This document shows positions 55,600-64,000 of a DNA stretch of 64,000 nucleotides, one piece after another (the first letter of the stretch is position 1; each line of letters begins with the position of its first letter). A program made the translations under genes and the position numbers. The stretch lies in the IMG/VR virus record IMGVR_UViG_3300024999_000010. One strand, given 5' to 3'. The notes under the pieces were generated by a model, which worked only from the letters and a program-made list of their open reading frames with translations, made no database searches and was not told the DNA's origin. The DNA is from an uncultured virus (IMG/VR IMGVR_UViG_3300024999_000010). Its lineage: Duplodnaviria; Heunggongvirae; Uroviricota; Caudoviricetes.

Positions 55600-56663
55600 G
55601 ATTTCACTTCCTGTCCACATGTTGGACATTTTTTAGGTTGTTTCTGTTTCTCAATTACAATTTGTGATACAAGCAATTTTATCTGATCATCATTTTCACT
55701 TTCTTTTTTCTCTATTATACTGATTTCCGAACAAATCCTTCGTAACTTTTTTATTTTATTTTCACTCTTATCAATCTTCCCAGAAATCCCCTTTAGCTCA
55801 GAAATTTTCTTTTCTCTTTCTGGCAGGTCATTTAATTCACTCAGCAAGGCGTCTGTTCGCCTGATCCTGCGATTTATTCCCTGAATCCTATCTACCCTAC
55901 CTAAAATCTCAGAAATCGTTTTACGGGCCGTTTCCGCCTCTTTAACGAGGGGTTCACATTTTAGGAAATTATTCAGGGGTTCTAATTCAATATCAACTTG
56001 TTTTACCTTCTCAATAATTCCTTTTAGCTTCTTTGATTTATTCCAAGAATTCTGAATATGTTTTTCTAATTGTTCACAAACAATTAATTTCTGTTCTCTT
56101 GCTTCAATATCGTTAAATTGTTCAATCTCTTTTTCAAGATCAATCAATAATGCCTTTTTCGCTTGATAATCCCTATTTAATCGTAATTCATCAGATTTTG
56201 CATTACTCATTACCCTGTCAATATCATCCAGGCCAGCAATCTTGTTTAAAATCCTACCCCGTTCCCCAGGGGATTCAAACATTAAAAAGGCTCGATCAAC
56301 TTGCGTTTGAAAATTTACTTCATCCATCCCAATCAATTCCGAGATATTTCCAGGAGGAAGACCAGCACCGGCATTAATTGGTTCATTATTGTCAACTTGA
56401 TAATGATTTAATCCCTTTCCTTTCAGTCGGGAAATAACACAACCTGGATTGGAAAATTTGCCAGTGATTCGCATATCTCCTTTCCAAAACAGTGGCAACA
56501 TGGAATCCCCAAGAGGATCATTAAAAAACAATAGATTAGCTGCCCTGAAAGCAGATGATTTTCCTGCATCAGTTGCACCAATAAAAACATTCAATCCAGG
56601 GGAGAAATTAAGGATTGTGTGTTTATGGGATTCATGATTGATAATTTCAAGTTGTTCTATCAT
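55596..56663 (-). CDS. SbcC/Rad50-like ATPase, N-terminal half ending at the Zn hook
   Basis: IEQLEIINHESH, GLNVFIGATDAGKS, Q-loop NFQTQ, terminal CPTCG. Confidence 0.88.
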   Translation of the reverse strand: MIEQLEIINHESHKHTILNFSPGLNVFIGATDAGKSSAFRAANLLFFNDPLGDSMLPLFWKGDMRITGKFSNPGCVISRLKGKGLNHYQVDNNEPINAGAGLPPGNISELIGMDEVNFQTQVDRAFLMFESPGERGRILNKIAGLDDIDRVMSNAKSDELRLNRDYQAKKALLIDLEKEIEQFNDIEAREQKLIVCEQLEKHIQNSWNKSKKLKGIIEKVKQVDIELEPLNNFLKCEPLVKEAETARKTISEILGRVDRIQGINRRIRRTDALLSELNDLPEREKKISELKGISGKIDKSENKIKKLRRICSEISIIEKKESENDDQIKLLVSQIVIEKQKQPKKCPTCGQEVKS

Positions 56664-56671
56664 TTGTAAAC

Positions 56672-57223
56672 CTATTGTTTTGTCATTCTTGCCCATTCGG
56701 CAATTAAAATTCCGTCTGCATCACCTTTATATTCAAAATTAGGAAATAATCTTTTCCCGATATCAAGACTTGCCTTTTTCAATTCAGGGGCACCTTTTAT
56801 CCCGGATGGAAGCATTATTTTCTGCCATTCTTTTGAATCAATAAACTTATAAGAAATACCACACCATTCAATAGCAATTAAAGTTGATTCTAACGCTCTT
56901 AATGCGCTTGTTGTTGCTTGAAATCTTCTTGGATTTACCATTGGTCTTTCAATTAGCGCGACACAATCCCCATTCTTTTTTATATCATAGAGCAAATATC
57001 TTAATTTTTTGTTGTTGATTCTTGTTCTATTCTTTTTTGTTTTTGTATAATCTTGTTCTGAAATGGTAGGAATGTGATAAAATCCATTTTGAGTCCCAAG
57101 ATTGTTTATCCAGCCAATTGAACCAGAAACACCGTTGTCAATTCCGATATAGATTTTTAAAATTTGATTTCTAATTTTTGGGATTTTAGAACTTGTTAAT
57201 TGAATATTCTTTGATCTTTTCAT
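56672..57223 (-). CDS. RuvC-like Holliday junction resolvase
   Basis: IGIDNG..G, LIE, WQK, DADGILIA. Confidence 0.8.
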   Translation of the reverse strand: MKRSKNIQLTSSKIPKIRNQILKIYIGIDNGVSGSIGWINNLGTQNGFYHIPTISEQDYTKTKKNRTRINNKKLRYLLYDIKKNGDCVALIERPMVNPRRFQATTSALRALESTLIAIEWCGISYKFIDSKEWQKIMLPSGIKGAPELKKASLDIGKRLFPNFEYKGDADGILIAEWARMTKQ

Positions 57224-57447
57224 TTTCCTTCCGGTGGAAAAGGTTGACACCAATGAGTGAAAAATCTATCGTTTGTTATCGATCCATTTTCAAGTATTAC
57301 TTTTGTTGCTTCATGAGCGATATATGATTCAATTGTAAATGATCTTTTCCAGATAGGATTCCATACAAGAACATCATCATCACATCGGGGAGGAATCCTC
57401 TTCTTTATCGGAATCCATATCACTTTCCAAAATTCTGATTTGTTCAC
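57220..57447 (-). CDS. DUF551-like small protein
   Basis: WIPIKKRIP...VLVW...THW.P.P. Confidence 0.55.
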   Translation of the reverse strand: MNKSEFWKVIWIPIKKRIPPRCDDDVLVWNPIWKRSFTIESYIAHEATKVILENGSITNDRFFTHWCQPFPPEGK

Positions 57448-57676
57448 GTTTCACCCTTACCCTGAATAATGTCCCGGAAACAGCAATCACTTTTACTTGA
57501 ATATCATCATTTACCGTAAATTGATCTTTCTTTTTTAATCTTGTTGGAAAAACTTCTTTTTCTTTTTCCCATGGTCCTTTCCATTGCAAGGTAAAAAATG
57601 GGCCTGATCCCCGGATGACTTCATACAAATATCCAGCAACAGAAATCTTTTGACCAATACGAAGTATTTCATCCAT
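57380..57676 (-). CDS. hypothetical protein
   Basis: ORF in operon. Confidence 0.5.
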   Translation of the reverse strand: MDEILRIGQKISVAGYLYEVIRGSGPFFTLQWKGPWEKEKEVFPTRLKKKDQFTVNDDIQVKVIAVSGTLFRVRVKREQIRILESDMDSDKEEDSSPM

Positions 57677-57894
57677 TATTCTCTATCTCCACAAACAGGA
57701 CATCTTTCACCTGCCGGGATTTTTGCCCCGCAGCAGGCCCAAGGTAGATTTTTTAACATTGGATCTTCTTCAAGTTCAGCTTTTTCAAAATCAAGAATAC
57801 AAAAATCGTGGCAAACCGGACAAAGTAATTTAGGCTTAATTATATTTGTAATTATTTTAACATCACATTTTTTATTTTTACAATTATAATCCAT
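57676..57894 (-). CDS. Cys-rich small protein
   Basis: CPVC twice, CCG. Confidence 0.5.
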   Translation of the reverse strand: MDYNCKNKKCDVKIITNIIKPKLLCPVCHDFCILDFEKAELEEDPMLKNLPWACCGAKIPAGERCPVCGDRE

Positions 57895-58741
57895 AACCAA
57901 TCCTAAAATGATTTTGCCATTCGCTTGCTTGCGCGGCTAAATGATGCATTCCGTAAGTCTTACAAACTTCAAGAAATGAATCAATACTGAACTTATTTTC
58001 TTTCAATTTAATTTCCTCTGTTCCTGGATATGGCAAGGAAACAAGTTTTTCATTTCTCTTTCTTAACCATCTTCCTTTTGTACTCTCAATTTTATTATAC
58101 CTGATTGAATCAGATTTCATCTCATTTTTTAGGTATTGAATTGCGTATTTTTCCCCAATTCCAGAAATGCCCGGTACTTTATCAGAACTACAACCGGCCA
58201 ATGCCTTGACATCTCTCCATTGTTTTGGTTCAATTCCATATTTCTTTCTGAATTCTTTTCCATTAATCAATAATTGTTTTGAGGGAGAATACCAGGAACA
58301 ATAATCAACAAGTTGTAAAAGGTCTTCATCATTTGTTAAAACTACTGATTGATTAGGATTATCAATTACAAATTTTGCTATTAAATCATCCGCTTCATAT
58401 CCAGTCTGAATAAAATTGTTTTTGAATCCAATGGCCGGAAGGATTTCTGTTCTAAGAATTTCCATTTGATGAAAAAGTTCTTTTCTGGCTTCTTTTTCAT
58501 CATCTGTCATTTCCTCTTGTTGCCTGTCCTTATACCCTGCATAAATTTGTTTTCTGATTTTCTTCTTGGAATCCCAAAAGAAAACAGGAAACGTTAAACC
58601 AAAATTCCGGGAATGGATTAATACTTGAACAAGAAATGAATGAATAATACCTGTCCCAAAATCTTCATAAGAAAGATTTCCGGCAGGAGTATGAAAAGCC
58701 CGCCAACAGAAATAATTGGAATCAAAGAGAAGGTATTTCAT
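57884..58741 (-). CDS. 5'-3' exonuclease / RNase H (PolA N-terminal-like)
   Basis: LLFD, YK..R, YEADDLI, DEDL.Q, LAG..SD.VPGI.GIGEK.A. Confidence 0.92.
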   Translation of the reverse strand: MKYLLFDSNYFCWRAFHTPAGNLSYEDFGTGIIHSFLVQVLIHSRNFGLTFPVFFWDSKKKIRKQIYAGYKDRQQEEMTDDEKEARKELFHQMEILRTEILPAIGFKNNFIQTGYEADDLIAKFVIDNPNQSVVLTNDEDLLQLVDYCSWYSPSKQLLINGKEFRKKYGIEPKQWRDVKALAGCSSDKVPGISGIGEKYAIQYLKNEMKSDSIRYNKIESTKGRWLRKRNEKLVSLPYPGTEEIKLKENKFSIDSFLEVCKTYGMHHLAAQASEWQNHFRIGYGL

Positions 58742-58951
58742 TTATGGCTCGTGACGTTCCCAGGCAGTAGAAACAAGACTTGTAATATCACAAGCAACCG
58801 TTTCAGCTTCAGACAATGTCATGTTTGGCGGTAAACGAGTCCATAAAAACGAATTTAATTCTGGCTTAATATTATCAAGAACCTCAATCCTTTCCTTTTC
58901 ATATGAATCTCTTGTTATCGCCTCTTTATCTACAGCCTGTATATTATACAT
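58742..58951 (-). CDS. hypothetical protein
   Basis: ORF between recA and exonuclease. Confidence 0.5.
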   Translation of the reverse strand: MYNIQAVDKEAITRDSYEKERIEVLDNIKPELNSFLWTRLPPNMTLSEAETVACDITSLVSTAWERHEP

Positions 58952-60000
58952 CATATTCTCCTTTTTGGCATTCTATCCTGAATGAATTGAGCTTGTATTT
59001 CTTCCCACAATTCAATTACTACTTCTTTCAATTCCTCTTCCATCCCATTTTCTTCCACATAAGAAATTGCCCCATCAAGGCTATTTGACAATATTTCTTC
59101 CCCATCAATGGAATATTTTTTATGTTGTGAATTCTGCTTCAGGAAAACAAGATTGGCCCGTATATCATCAATCCCATAATTATCCATAATATAAATGTCG
59201 GCGGATCGGTACCCCTTTCCAACTGAGGATTTGACAACATCTATATGGGATAATATGCCAATTGATTCTTTGTGTTCTTTCCCATATAAACTTCTTTCAG
59301 CTTTGATTACTTGCTTTTTGACAATCTCTAATCTCAAAGAAGCATAAAATTTCGGAGCATGTCCGCCTGTTGCCCTCGTCTTTTTAGCAAATGGCATAGT
59401 GGCCATGGTATCCCTGATTTGATTTGAAAATACCATAAGCCAGCCCCTTTGTTTCAGCATTCTACATGTACGCCTGAATCCCTGACTGAAATCATTTGCC
59501 CTCTTTGCCCCATCATAGCCCTTGGCATCCTTCATTTCTTCTTCAGTACAAAGAGCGGCAATTGAGTCCGCAATTATGGCATGAGGCGGATCACCTGCAG
59601 GCTTCCAGGAGTCAAATAAATTAAATACTTCCGCAATTGTATCTGGTTCTTTTATTGTTTTATCAGTAATGGAAAAATCAAAAAGGGCAGCAAATTCTTT
59701 ATTCAATCTTGCTTCAGGATCATTGAATATTACATCTCCGCCTTTTCGTTGAATAGCCCCAGCAATCTCACACATGAGGACGGTTTTACCTGCTGAGGAA
59801 TCCCCGAATATTTCAACAGCTATCCCGGTTGGAATCCCACCTCCATGGATAATTTCCCCAGATATGGCAAGATCAAGAAGGGTTGAACCAGTGGAAATAG
59901 TATTGTTAAAATCCCCGTCATAAGTTATTTCTGATTTTTGATGCTTCTGAGAAAGTGCGGTCTTGACCCTTTCAACTGTTTTGCTTTTTGTTCTTTCCAT
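58951..60000 (-). CDS. recA: RecA/UvsX-like recombinase
   Basis: ISTGS..LD.A, EIFG..SAGKT, DSIAAL, NQIR, GG.A.KFYASLR. Confidence 0.93.
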   Translation of the reverse strand: MERTKSKTVERVKTALSQKHQKSEITYDGDFNNTISTGSTLLDLAISGEIIHGGGIPTGIAVEIFGDSSAGKTVLMCEIAGAIQRKGGDVIFNDPEARLNKEFAALFDFSITDKTIKEPDTIAEVFNLFDSWKPAGDPPHAIIADSIAALCTEEEMKDAKGYDGAKRANDFSQGFRRTCRMLKQRGWLMVFSNQIRDTMATMPFAKKTRATGGHAPKFYASLRLEIVKKQVIKAERSLYGKEHKESIGILSHIDVVKSSVGKGYRSADIYIMDNYGIDDIRANLVFLKQNSQHKKYSIDGEEILSNSLDGAISYVEENGMEEELKEVVIELWEEIQAQFIQDRMPKRRI

Positions 60001-60012
60001 TATTAATAACCG

Positions 60013-60258
60013 TCAATAAATTGCAAAAGTAAAAACACATATATCATTAGGTAATCCAAATGTTCCAGGCTGAGTAATATTATAAATAACCGCCCTTATT
60101 TCTCTTCCGGTATATTCTTCTAATTTCGGATTATATTCTTGTAATATTATATAATCGCCTTGTTGATAATTTCTGTCATTTCTTCGTACTTTATGTCTTT
60201 TATCTCCATCCAATACTGATTGAAATTCTTTTGGCCAACTTTTTATTTTATGAAGCAT
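60013..60258 (-). CDS. DUF3850 / ASCH-PUA domain protein
   Basis: HKIK.WP..F..V..G.K...VR.NDR.YQ.GD...L.EY....YTGR. Confidence 0.85.
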   Translation of the reverse strand: MLHKIKSWPKEFQSVLDGDKRHKVRRNDRNYQQGDYIILQEYNPKLEEYTGREIRAVIYNITQPGTFGLPNDICVFTFAIY

Positions 60259-60277
60259 GTTTCACCATTAAATTAAT

Positions 60278-60394
60278 TGGGATAGGCAGGGCTCGAACCT
60301 GCACGCCGTCTACGCAACTGCAGCTTTGGAGGCCAAATCTCATCCTATTTATAGGATCGTCCGGCTGTGCGTCTACCAATTCCGCCACTATCCC
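60278..60394 (-). ncRNA. tRNA-like RNA with multi-hairpin insert replacing the anticodon arm
   Basis: GGGATAG/CTATCCC acceptor stem; Leu-type D arm GCGGAATTGGTAGACGC; T arm GCAGG-TTCGAGC-CCTGC; no CCA. Confidence 0.7.
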
Positions 60395-60404
60395 AAACTT
60401 TAAA

Positions 60405-61613
60405 TTACAATTTTTCCTGAGCTTCCATGCAGGAATCCCAAACCTTACAAACATCGCATTGCTTATGTTTATCGCAATCTACAGCAAACACAAATCCATG
60501 AGGACAATCGCCTTTCGGTTTTGTCGTTTTCTTATTCCTGGTTTGGGTTGGTTCCGGTTCTGGATCTTTCTCTTTTTCGTCCCCATCTTCCGGCAGGGCA
60601 TCAAATGCTTCTTCGCAATCATCCTTAATTTCGCACTTCCGGCAAATTTTCTTGGAATTAAAATCAACTGCAAATGTCAGGTCATGAGGACATTCAGGCT
60701 CATTATCTTCTTCCTCTTCCCCAACATTAAGCGGCACATCATCACCAGTTCCTTCATCTTCTTCCGGCTCAGGTTCAGGTTTCGCTGTTTTCCGCTGTCG
60801 TGTCTGTTTTGCCGGTTTCTCTTCCGGTTCTTCTTCGGCTTCTTCCCCGGAGTCCACTTCCAGGAAAATATTGTTCAATTCATCATAGGACTTAATAACC
60901 AATACATCATCAAGATTAATTACCTCATCCAGAATAGATTCATCAATATCATCCCTTTCAACAAAGGAAATACTGTCGGCATTTGAATAATCATTTCCTG
61001 CAAACTGCTCTTTCTGAAAACGTACCCGCAAATCATAGCCGCCAACCAAATCCATAAAGGTTGCATATTGATCATTATCTGGGTCAAGCAATTCCTTCTT
61101 CAGCCGTTTCTCAAAACAGGCATATGAAAACCACCAGAACATAATCGGTCCAGGTTCGCCTTTCTCGATTACCTGGACATTATACATCACGCAATCCTGA
61201 GCCTTGAATTTATTCGCTTCGGTATCAGGAATAGAAGGATCGGCTTTTGCCTTGATGTAATATTCATTGATCGGGCAAGCCTTCCCAATGGAAAGAGGGC
61301 TGATATATGATTTCTTGTCAACCCCAACCTGCCGCACCCGTTTGAAAGGACGTTTATACCATAATTCACCTTCAGGGGCAATATTCTGTCCGTCCGGGTG
61401 TTTGGGGTCGGAAACGATATATGGCAACAGTCGCAGGGTATATTTTACCTCAGTCTTGCCCTTGGGAATATCGACATTAAAAAATTCTGTTCCATCCCCG
61501 AGATTTTTAAACATCGTCCCGCTACCACCTTGCGGGCCAGCAACAGCTGCCCCTGCCTTGGCCCTGTCTGCCGCTGATCCGTATTTTCTGGTTGATTTAC
61601 TTCTTGTTGCCAT
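60405..61613 (-). CDS. single-stranded DNA-binding protein (gp32-like) with duplicated Cys-rich C-terminal modules
   Basis: LRLLPY, CPI.E, YNV, F.DL..GY; acidic tail; near recA. Confidence 0.7.
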   Translation of the reverse strand: MATRSKSTRKYGSAADRAKAGAAVAGPQGGSGTMFKNLGDGTEFFNVDIPKGKTEVKYTLRLLPYIVSDPKHPDGQNIAPEGELWYKRPFKRVRQVGVDKKSYISPLSIGKACPINEYYIKAKADPSIPDTEANKFKAQDCVMYNVQVIEKGEPGPIMFWWFSYACFEKRLKKELLDPDNDQYATFMDLVGGYDLRVRFQKEQFAGNDYSNADSISFVERDDIDESILDEVINLDDVLVIKSYDELNNIFLEVDSGEEAEEEPEEKPAKQTRQRKTAKPEPEPEEDEGTGDDVPLNVGEEEEDNEPECPHDLTFAVDFNSKKICRKCEIKDDCEEAFDALPEDGDEKEKDPEPEPTQTRNKKTTKPKGDCPHGFVFAVDCDKHKQCDVCKVWDSCMEAQEKL

Positions 61614-61768
61614 CTTTGTTCTCCCTTATTTGTTTTGTTGATAAGATTTTTTCAATTATCCGAGTTATTGTTATAATCAGCCCGGAATGCCATAATCTTG
61701 ATGCTATATAAACCCAAATTAATGAGCCAAAAAAGAAATATATCCAATGTTGAATAGTCCAATCCATT

Positions 61769-62272
61769 TCATTTCTTACTCCTTGTCCTGGTTGCTGCTC
61801 TAATTTTTTCGTTTACCGATCTTGATTCATATTCCTCCATTTTTGCTGATAATTGCTCAAAAGATTTTGGGGCAACCGGAACAGAAGTCCAGCCCATTGC
61901 CGCCAATTTTACAAAATTTTCAAGGGCTGATTTCTTCATATAAATTGATGATTTCCCACCATTAATAATATCCCGTTCATATTCAGCCTGGAATAATTCT
62001 TCTTTTGCTTCTTGGTGTCTTGGGTGAGTACGATAATATGCCTCACGAGCAGCATCGTTCTTTGCTCCGGCATTATTGGCTTCAAGAATCAATTCGGAAC
62101 GAATTACCTTGAGATTTTCATGCGCTCTTTTTACAGCAAGTTCACAATCAGCAGCAGCTTTTGAATATTTCAGGAAAAGACCGGATTGCCGCAGCCATTC
62201 AACATCCAAATCTTCTGGAGTTGTATTGATATCATTTTCCGGGTCAAGATCATAATTTTCGTAATGATTCAT
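61769..62272 (-). CDS. UvsY-like recombination mediator (putative)
   Basis: LDVEWL.Q..L...Y helical protein upstream of SSB/recA. Confidence 0.55.
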   Translation of the reverse strand: MNHYENYDLDPENDINTTPEDLDVEWLRQSGLFLKYSKAAADCELAVKRAHENLKVIRSELILEANNAGAKNDAAREAYYRTHPRHQEAKEELFQAEYERDIINGGKSSIYMKKSALENFVKLAAMGWTSVPVAPKSFEQLSAKMEEYESRSVNEKIRAATRTRSKK

Positions 62273-62502
62273 TCAACAGTCCTCCAAATAATTTTAACAT
62301 CATTGTTGTTTATTCTTTCTTGAAATAATACAAAAAGAGCTTCTTCTAAAGAATCTCCATCATGGATTAATTTCCATTCAAATTGTTGAAGATGACTATT
62401 CCATTCATAGTCATCTTCAACAATTTCTTCATCTGAAAATAATTTTAAATCATCAATTATTTCCCAACGGTAAATTTTAATATTCATTTTGTTTATCTCC
62501 AT
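62269..62502 (-). CDS. hypothetical protein
   Basis: ORF in operon. Confidence 0.45.
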   Translation of the reverse strand: MEINKMNIKIYRWEIIDDLKLFSDEEIVEDDYEWNSHLQQFEWKLIHDGDSLEEALFVLFQERINNNDVKIIWRTVE

Positions 62503-62734
62503 TTAAAATTAAATCAACAAATGCTTCTCTTATTTTCATTCCTTGCCCTTTTGCAAGACAATTCCCGCAAATTACTTTTTTTGGCGGATATTCCTTGTCA
62601 ATTGATTCAACAAGTTTCCCCGTTTTGCAATGAGGACATTTCCCGGATAATACCAAAAATAACAATTCTCGATCAACATCATCAGGAAGTATTATTTTTG
62701 GTATTGATGGACCGCTATATTCTTTCCAGGTCAT
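62477..62734 (-). CDS. Zn-ribbon hypothetical protein
   Basis: CPHC...CGNC. Confidence 0.5.
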   Translation of the reverse strand: MTWKEYSGPSIPKIILPDDVDRELLFLVLSGKCPHCKTGKLVESIDKEYPPKKVICGNCLAKGQGMKIREAFVDLILNGDKQNEY

Positions 62735-62737
62735 TTA

Positions 62738-62763
62738 TATTATACTCAGAAACGGCTAAAACC
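62738..62763 (-). promoter_or_regulatory. putative promoter GGTTT-N6-TTTCTGAGTATAATA
   Basis: Same motif as 11235-11260. Confidence 0.6.
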
Positions 62764-62772
62764 TTCTGAAAA

Positions 62773-64000
62773 TTATTCTTGAGCATGAGCTGCCTTAAAA
62801 CAGGCCAATGTCAATCCTGGTTTCCCGGTATTATAAAATGGCTCTGAAAATTCATCCATCACAATAAATGCCTGAAAATCTTCTTTCTTCAACAGGATTG
62901 TATTGCAATATGATAAAATCATCCTTCTCAATTTTTCCTCATCTTCATTTATTAATCCACTCAATATTGAAGAAATCTTTTTCCAGGGAGATTTCTGGAT
63001 TAATGCCCTTGCAAGATCAATTGCTGCATTCTGTTTTGCCGCTTCCTCAAAAATAACTTCAGCCATTTCTTCAGGATTCAAGCCGGCCACCCTTTCCAAT
63101 AATTTGAGGGCATTCCGGGGATGGCCAAATGATTGTTCATAAATCAATTCCCTAGCTTCATTTGGCAATGTTATCTTTTCCGCCCTGCAAACCTTTCTGA
63201 GCAATACACTCATTTCCCCTTCGTTTAAAGGAGACATCACAAAATGGGTACATCTGCCCTGTATGGTCGGCAAGAGCTTCTGAGGGTCGGTAGTACAGAG
63301 GATAAAATAAACGTGCCCAGGGGCGTCCTCCAGAGCTTTTAATAAGGCATTCTGACCATCCTTGCTGATAGAGTGGCATTCATCCAGTAGCCATACCCGG
63401 CAAGAGCTTTTTGGGTCTTGCGGCTTGAGTCGGACCTGCTTTCTGATTTCTCGTATTGTATCAATTCCCCGGAAATCAGCAGTATCAATTTCCCGAAAAT
63501 CTGCTTCTTTTGCTCCAAGGACATTTGCAATAATCCGGCCTACGGTTGTTTTTCCGCAATTTCCTGTGGCAAAAATATTTCCTTCTCTTCTTAAAATTAA
63601 ATAAGAACTTGGTACTTCAAAACAATATTCATAACCATCTTTTGTTTTATAATTGTTAATTTTTACTTTATTTAATCCTTGTATACTTGTAAATTTTTTA
63701 TTTGTTGCACAAACATCATAATAAATTTTATTTTTTGTTCTTGTATCCTTATAAACAGAACTTCTTAACCCACAGGATGCTAATGCATATTGAATAAAAT
63801 CTTTTGTTTCTTTTATAGATGTACAAAATTTTAATTTTCCATATTCTCCATCCCAATAAAAAATTTCATCAACAATAATTTTTAATTGTTCTAATGAACA
63901 ACTATAATATTTTGAATCAAAAATTTTATCTTTATATGGTGGTATAAAATAAAATCTTATATATCCATTTCCCATTATATATTTGTCAAATTGTATTTTT
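62773..64000 (-). CDS. dnaX: DnaX-like clamp loader (Pol III gamma/tau) with intein; 5' end outside window
   Basis: CGKTT..RI, GIDTIR, LDECH, NALLKALE, FILCTT, TIQGRC, RNAL; frame is open to 64000. Confidence 0.92.
   Translation of the reverse strand, partial: KIQFDKYIMGNGYIRFYFIPPYKDKIFDSKYYSCSLEQLKIIVDEIFYWDGEYGKLKFCTSIKETKDFIQYALASCGLRSSVYKDTRTKNKIYYDVCATNKKFTSIQGLNKVKINNYKTKDGYEYCFEVPSSYLILRREGNIFATGNCGKTTVGRIIANVLGAKEADFREIDTADFRGIDTIREIRKQVRLKPQDPKSSCRVWLLDECHSISKDGQNALLKALEDAPGHVYFILCTTDPQKLLPTIQGRCTHFVMSPLNEGEMSVLLRKVCRAEKITLPNEARELIYEQSFGHPRNALKLLERVAGLNPEEMAEVIFEEAAKQNAAIDLARALIQKSPWKKISSILSGLINEDEEKLRRMILSYCNTILLKKEDFQAFIVMDEFSEPFYNTGKPGLTLACFKAAHAQE
63559..64000 (-). mobile_element. 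intein (C-terminal part) with LAGLIDADG-type endonuclease remnant
   Basis: YCFEVPS...RREGNIFATGN|C block F/G; FYWDG motif; sharply AT-richer than the flanking extein. Confidence 0.88.

Noticed and set aside
60278..60394. tmRNA or canonical/suppressor tRNA
   Set aside because: No G3-U70 Ala identity, tag ORF or CCA, and no 5-bp/7-nt anticodon arm could be drawn.

Overview
A 64 kb segment of a large, AT-rich tailed dsDNA phage (siphovirus-like: HK97-type capsid, non-contractile tail tube, 1213-aa tape measure). No integrase, repressor or host genes are visible. Three blocks are present. (1) 1-18.9 kb, minus strand: replication and early genes (HNH, DnaE-type polymerase, tRNA-Leu, beta clamp, MazG, DNA methylase, SNF2 helicase, radical SAM, DnaB, DnaC-like loader, initiator with internal iterons, primase, pentapeptide protein, sigma-like factor). 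(2) 19.1-51.5 kb, plus strand: packaging, head, tail and lysis genes. (3) 51.5-64 kb, minus strand: recombination and replication genes (split SbcC/Rad50, SbcD, RuvC-like, 5'-3' exonuclease, RecA, SSB, intein-containing DnaX). The top candidate system is a glycan biosynthesis and decoration pathway embedded in the head operon. It comprises kdsB between terL and portal, plus an 8-gene block between capsid and head-tail adaptor genes (Maf/GT29-like transferase, Zn-ADH, methyltransferase, split transketolase, SDR, MTase-GT9-GT fusion, two sulfotransferase-like genes). This suggests a virion coat of an unusual sulfated and methylated sugar. The second candidate is a pair of anticodon-less tRNA-like RNAs wedged between genes, possibly mRNA-processing signals or tRNA decoys. 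All calls come from motif recognition by eye; no database searches were run.
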